A stretch of DNA of 64,000 bases from Trueperaceae bacterium (GTDB lineage Bacteria; Deinococcota; Deinococci; Deinococcales; Trueperaceae), in the NCBI GenBank assembly GCA_034520945.1, contig JAXHNB010000006.1, positions 640,001 to 704,000 on the forward strand, given 5' to 3'. Positions 59,381 through 64,000 of the stretch are shown piece after piece. A program made the position numbers and the translations under genes. The number at the start of each line of letters is the position of its first letter. The stretch's first letter is position 1. The notes beneath the pieces were generated by a model. That model ran no database searches. It was not told the origin of the DNA and saw nothing but the letters and a program-made list of their open reading frames with translations.

Positions 59381-59466
59381 CGGCTGGCCGATTCATGACG
59401 CGGTCGCACGGGCCTGCGTCCGAATCCTGACGGAACGCCGGCGTGGATCGGGGGATCCTCTCCGGC

Positions 59467-60129
59467 ATGATCGATCGCGGCCTGCGTCCACTCAAGAGCT
59501 ACGCCCTGGGCCCGGCTACCTCCGCCCTCGCGCCGCGTCTCGCCCGTTGGGGCGCCATGCCGGTCACCGCGCTCGGGCTCGGGGTTGGCCTCGCCGCCGC
59601 GGTCGCCGGGGCCGCAGGCGCGTTCGGGCCGGCCCTGTGGCTGTGGTGGGGCAACCGCCTTCTGGACGGGCTGGATGGTGAAGTGGCGCGCCGGCTCGGC
59701 CGCGCGGACGATCGCGGGGGCTACGTCGACCTGATCGCCGATCTCGTCGTGTACGCCCTGGTGCCGATCGGTGCCGCGGTCGGCGCCACGGCGCCCTGGT
59801 CCCTGCACGGTGCCACCCCCGACCCGTGGACGTGGCCCGCGGCTGCAGCCCTTCTCGGCGCCTACTACGTCAACCTCGGCAGCCACGCGTACCTGGCCGC
59901 CCTCCTGGAGAAGCGGGGCCGTGGTGCGGCCATGCGGCCGGACGTGACGTCGTTCGCGATGCCCGGCGGTCTGGTGGAGGGGTTCGAGACGATCGTGCTG
60001 GTGTCGCTGATGCTCGCCGTCCCAGCGCTGCTGCCGTGGTGGTTCGGTCTTGCCGCCGTCCTGGTCGCCGTGACGGCCGGCCAACGGGTCTGGTGGACCG
60101 TGCGGACGCTGGCACGCGAGGCGATGTGA
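59467..60129 (+). CDS. CDP-alcohol phosphatidyltransferase family protein
   Basis: DGLDGEVAR..GGYVDLIAD signature; GLVEGFET. Confidence 0.9.
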   Translation: MIDRGLRPLKSYALGPATSALAPRLARWGAMPVTALGLGVGLAAAVAGAAGAFGPALWLWWGNRLLDGLDGEVARRLGRADDRGGYVDLIADLVVYALVPIGAAVGATAPWSLHGATPDPWTWPAAAALLGAYYVNLGSHAYLAALLEKRGRGAAMRPDVTSFAMPGGLVEGFETIVLVSLMLAVPALLPWWFGLAAVLVAVTAGQRVWWTVRTLAREAM

Positions 60130-60941
60130 GGCGGGACGTCGTTTCGTCCGGCTCGCGACGTGGCGCCGGCGCCGTGGGGGGTGCGCATCGCCGGCTCCGC
60201 TGGGCTGGGTTGGTCCTATGGGCGGCCGGCTTGGCGGCGTACCTCACCACGGTGGCCACGACCGACCACGGGCCCGTGGACCTGTTGATCGCCACGGGTG
60301 CGTTCTTGGGCCAGCACCCCTTGGGTCCCATCGCGTACCTGGGGGCGTACGCCCTTCGGCCGCTGCTCTTGGTATCAGCCACCCTCCTGACGGTGTCGGC
60401 CGGCATCCTGTACGGCCCGGTGCTGGGGACCTTGCTCGCGATCGTTGCCGCCAACCTGAGCGCGTGGGTGGCCTACACGCTGGCGCGCGTGCTGGGCGCC
60501 GAACTGGCCGAGCCCGCGCTGGCGCATCCGAGGCTGGCGGGGGTCACCGGACGCCTGCGGACGCACACCTTCGAAACCGTGCTGACGTTGCGGTTCCTGT
60601 TCGTGCCGTACGACGCGGTCAACTACCTGGCTGGCGCGACGCGCCTGCGGCCGCTGCCGTTCGCAGCCGCCACGGCGGTCGGGTCGCTGCCTGCCACCGC
60701 CATGTTCGTGCTGTTCGGCGCGGGCCTCGGCGACCTCTCGGCGCTCGGTTCGGGCCGCCTTCCCGCCGCCGACCCGCGCTTGCTCGCCGTCAGCGCCGCG
60801 CTGTTCGTCGTGAGCCTGGCGGTCGCGCGCGGGCTTCGCCGACGTGCGGTGGGTTCTCACGCCACGACGGCCAGCGTGGCGCACGTGGAAGGCGCGGCGC
60901 ACCCGAGCGGCCCCGTACGCGCGCAAGGGAAGATCCGGTGA
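60126..60941 (+). CDS. TVP38/TMEM64 (DedA/VTT) membrane protein
   Basis: YALRPL, AGILYGP, LRFLFVPYDAVNYLAG. Confidence 0.9.
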   Translation: MRRDVVSSGSRRGAGAVGGAHRRLRWAGLVLWAAGLAAYLTTVATTDHGPVDLLIATGAFLGQHPLGPIAYLGAYALRPLLLVSATLLTVSAGILYGPVLGTLLAIVAANLSAWVAYTLARVLGAELAEPALAHPRLAGVTGRLRTHTFETVLTLRFLFVPYDAVNYLAGATRLRPLPFAAATAVGSLPATAMFVLFGAGLGDLSALGSGRLPAADPRLLAVSAALFVVSLAVARGLRRRAVGSHATTASVAHVEGAAHPSGPVRAQGKIR

Positions 60942-62402
60942 CCCGGCAGGTGGCGCGGTTCGATGCGGTGGTCCTGGGCGCGGGCGCTGGTGGATTGACC
61001 GTGGCGGTGGGGCTCTCCCGGCTGGGGAAGCGCGTCGCGCTGGTCGAGGCCGACCGGGTGGGCGGGGACTGCACGAACGTGGGGTGCATCCCCTCGAAGA
61101 CCCTGATCGAGTTGGCCCGCGGGGTGGCCGAGCTTCCGCCGGATCAGCGCGTGGAGGCGGCCCGCCAAGCATTCGCGGCGGCCCGCCGGCAACGCGACGC
61201 CGTCCGGGCGCACGAGGAAGGCTGGTTGGCGGAAGACCCGCGGAATCGAGATCGTTCGAGGGTGGGGCCGGCTCACCTCCGCCCGCCGTGGTCGCGTCGA
61301 CGTGGAGGTCACGAGCGCAGACGGCGGCACGCGGTCGCTACAGGCCCCCCGCGTGGTCCTGGCGACCGGCTCGCAGGCGCTGGTGCCGTCCCTGCCCGGC
61401 CTGGACGACACCGATGGGCCCGAGGCGACGGTCCTCACGAACGCCACGCTGTTCGACCTGGCGTCGCCGCCGCGGCACCTGGTGATCATGGGCGCGGGCG
61501 TGATCGGCAGCGAGATGGCGTTCGCGTTCGCCCGACTCGGCAGCCGCGTCACGCTCGTGGAAATGGCGGACCGAGTGCTGCCGGCCTCGGAGGCGTCGGC
61601 TTCGGAGATGGTCGGCGCACGCCTCGAGGCGGCCGGTGTTCGTGTCGTCACCGGCGCGCAGGTGACGAGCGTCGACCCGAGCGCGGGCGCCGTGCGCGTG
61701 AAGGCGGCCCAGGAGGGGGCAGCGTCGCCGCCTGCGCTGGAGGCAGCCGATCGCGTGCTGGTGGCGGTGGGCCGCCGGCCGGCCTCGCGCGGGTTGGGAC
61801 TCGAGGACGTCGGCGTCGAGGTCGACAGACGCGGCGCCGTGCCGGTGGACCGCGCCTACCGCACGAGGGCGCCCGGCGTGCACGCGATCGGCGACCTGAT
61901 CGGCGGCGCGTTCACGCACGCCGCGCACGAGCAGGGGCGGCGGCTGGTGCGCTACCTGAGCGTTCCCGTGCCGCTCCTTCCGGAACGCGACCACCCGTCG
62001 GTCTCGTTCACCGAGCCGGAGGTCGGCCAGATCGGCCCCACCCTCGCCGAACTGCAGCGCCGCTGGCCGGAACGATTGCTGTCGGTGCACCGGGTGGCGT
62101 TGGCGGACACCGACCGGGGCGGCACGATGGGCCTGTCCGACGGGTTCGTGCAGCTCGTCGCGCTGCGCGGGAGTGGGCGCCTCCTCGCTGCGACCGTGGT
62201 CGCGCCCGGCGCGGCGGAGATGATGCCGTTGCTGGTGTCGGCGCAACACCGAGGTACCTCGCTGTGGCGCCTCTCCCGCCTGGAGGTGGCCTACCCGGCG
62301 CTGTCCCAAGCCGTTCGCCAGGCCGCGGACGACTTCGTGTTCTCGAGCTTGCCGCGCCTGCATCTCGAGATCGGCGCCTACGCTCGTTGGCGTTGGGCGT
62401 GA
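60938..62402 (+). pseudogene. Class-I pyridine nucleotide-disulfide oxidoreductase, one frameshift
   Basis: GAGAGG, GGDCTNVGCIPSK, frame change at about 61240, GAGVIGSE, AIGD, FTEPEVG, YPALSQ. Confidence 0.87.
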
Positions 62403-62537
62403 GGGCCCGCGGACCTACCTCCGTACCTTCTGGCACGCGCAGGTGGCCTCCGCTACGACGCCATCGCAGGGCTCGACCACGTTCGTGGCATCGACGCAAT
62501 CGTGGAACACGGTCGCGACGGCCGCGCAGGACGTAAG

Positions 62538-63545
62538 ATGACCGCCGTGCCCCCCGCGCCTACCCAAGACGAACCGACCGAGCACGACGCACCTCCCGCC
62601 CTTCGTTCGACCGGCCTCTCCAAACGCTACGGCGCCACGCATGCCCTGGTGGACCTCGACCTGGAGGTGGCCCGCGGCGAGATCTTCGGCTTTCTCGGCC
62701 CCAACGGCGCCGGCAAGTCCACCTTCATCCGCCTGCTGCTGGGCTTCCTGCACGCCTCGGCCGGAAGTGCCCGCGTGCTGGGCCACGACGTCGCGACCGA
62801 GAGCGTCGCCATCCGCCGGCGCGTGGGGTACCTGCCCAGCGGCGCGTCGCTGTACGGCGAGATGACCGGCCGGCGGGTGCTGGACTACCTCGCCTCGTTG
62901 CAAGGCCGGCCGCCGGTGCGCCGCGCCGAGGCGTGCGACCGGCTCCGCCTGACGGCCGACGTGCTGGCGAAGCCGGTGCGGACGTACTCGCACGGCATGC
63001 GGCAGAAGCTGGGGCTGGTGCAGGCGCTGCAGCACGACCCGGAACTGTTGATCCTGGACGAGCCCAGCGAGGGCTTGGATCCGTTCATGCAGCAGGCGCT
63101 CTACGGGCTGCTGGAGGACCTGCGCCGCGAGGGCCGCACGGTGTTCTTCAGCAGCCACGTGCTCTCCGAGGTGGAGCGCGTCTGCGACCGCGTGGCGATC
63201 GTGCGCGCCGGTCGGTTGATGACGGTGCAGGACCTGCCTACGCTGCGCGCCCGCCGGCGGCGGCGTGCCATCGTTCGCCTGCGCGGCCCGGCGCCGGACC
63301 TGCGCGAGGTGCCCGGGGTGGAGGCCGTCGAGGTCGACGGCGCGCGCATGATCGTGACGCTGTCGGGCGCCGTGCAGCCGTTCGTGCGGGCCATGGCCGA
63401 CACCGAACTCGACGACCTCACCATCGAGCCGGCGCGGCTGGAGGAGGCGTTCTTCGAGTACTACGCCGGCGGCGACGAGACGGCTCCGGGCGACGAAGCG
63501 TCGCCGCAGCCCGCGGCTGCGGCGCAGGGGAGCGCACCTCGATGA
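62538..63545 (+). CDS. ABC-2 type exporter ATPase
   Basis: GPNGAGKST, YSHGMRQK, ILDEP, SSHVLSEV. Confidence 0.93.
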   Translation: MTAVPPAPTQDEPTEHDAPPALRSTGLSKRYGATHALVDLDLEVARGEIFGFLGPNGAGKSTFIRLLLGFLHASAGSARVLGHDVATESVAIRRRVGYLPSGASLYGEMTGRRVLDYLASLQGRPPVRRAEACDRLRLTADVLAKPVRTYSHGMRQKLGLVQALQHDPELLILDEPSEGLDPFMQQALYGLLEDLRREGRTVFFSSHVLSEVERVCDRVAIVRAGRLMTVQDLPTLRARRRRRAIVRLRGPAPDLREVPGVEAVEVDGARMIVTLSGAVQPFVRAMADTELDDLTIEPARLEEAFFEYYAGGDETAPGDEASPQPAAAAQGSAPR

Positions 63546-64000
63546 GCCGGCCGTTGTTCGTACAGACGCTGCGCGACCTCGGCCTGCGGACGCTCGTGCT
63601 GGCGGGGGTCACCTTCGCGTGGGGCTGGCTGATGGTATTCATGTTCACCACCTTCTCGCCGGCCATGAGGCAGCTGGTGCAGGGCAACCCCATGTTCGAG
63701 CGCTTCAGCGAGTTCGCCTCCGGCAACTTCTTCACCCTGCCCGGCGCCATCACGCTGGGCTTCCAACACCCGCTGCTGATCGCGATGATCGCGGTGGTGG
63801 CGGCCGGCGCCAGCGCGGTCGCCATCGCCGGCGAGCGTGAGGCAGGCACCCTGGAGCTGCTGCTGGCGCGGCCGATCTCGCGCCGGCGCCTGTACGTGTC
63901 CGTCCTGCTGGCGCAGCTGCTGGTGGTGGCGCTGTTGCTGCTCACCACCCTGGCCGGCATGATCACCGGCACCTTCGTGCACGGCCTGAGCGGCGAGGTG
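63542..64000 (+). CDS. ABC-2 type permease (partial, runs off the window)
   Basis: ATGA overlap; AIAGEREAGTLELLLARPISR. Confidence 0.85.
   Translation, partial: MSRPLFVQTLRDLGLRTLVLAGVTFAWGWLMVFMFTTFSPAMRQLVQGNPMFERFSEFASGNFFTLPGAITLGFQHPLLIAMIAVVAAGASAVAIAGEREAGTLELLLARPISRRRLYVSVLLAQLLVVALLLLTTLAGMITGTFVHGLSGEV

Noticed and set aside
60938..62402. Mercuric reductase merA
   Set aside because: No C-terminal Cys-Cys pair, no NmerA domain and no mer genes nearby

Overview
High-GC bacterial chromosome window, probably Deinococcota (Truepera-like). This is an inference from the protein families and the many leaderless promoters, where a -10 hexamer lies 5-7 nt before ATG. Core genes are trxC, rpsT, trmJ, tRNA-Ser(TGA), tRNA-Ser(GCT), tRNA-Arg(ACG), and a phoR-phoB/phoU/pstSCAB locus. 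Between them lies about 45 kb of accessory DNA. It holds a GntR(HutC)-controlled sugar ABC/ROK/bicupin operon, a CsoR-type-box-preceded SHOCT plus Met/His-rich exported protein pair, and a dispersed set of DUF542/DUF1858/DUF2249/DUF59/flavodoxin/His-motif membrane genes. The last set shares one Crp/Fnr-type box at a fixed -42.5/-43.5 position. The region also contains an IS3 element with 3-bp target duplication, IS21-like ends, and an 11-kb sugar-acid (dgo + TTT transporter) island that truncates a helicase. A BldC/MerR-B12 regulator sits with SRPBCC and fasciclin genes, there is a HEPN-CBS fusion, and about nine intact or decayed toxin-antitoxin modules. Many genes carry 1-nt indels, so assembly error versus pseudogenisation cannot be resolved from sequence alone. 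No CRISPR array or rRNA was seen. All family assignments are from motif recognition, not database searches.
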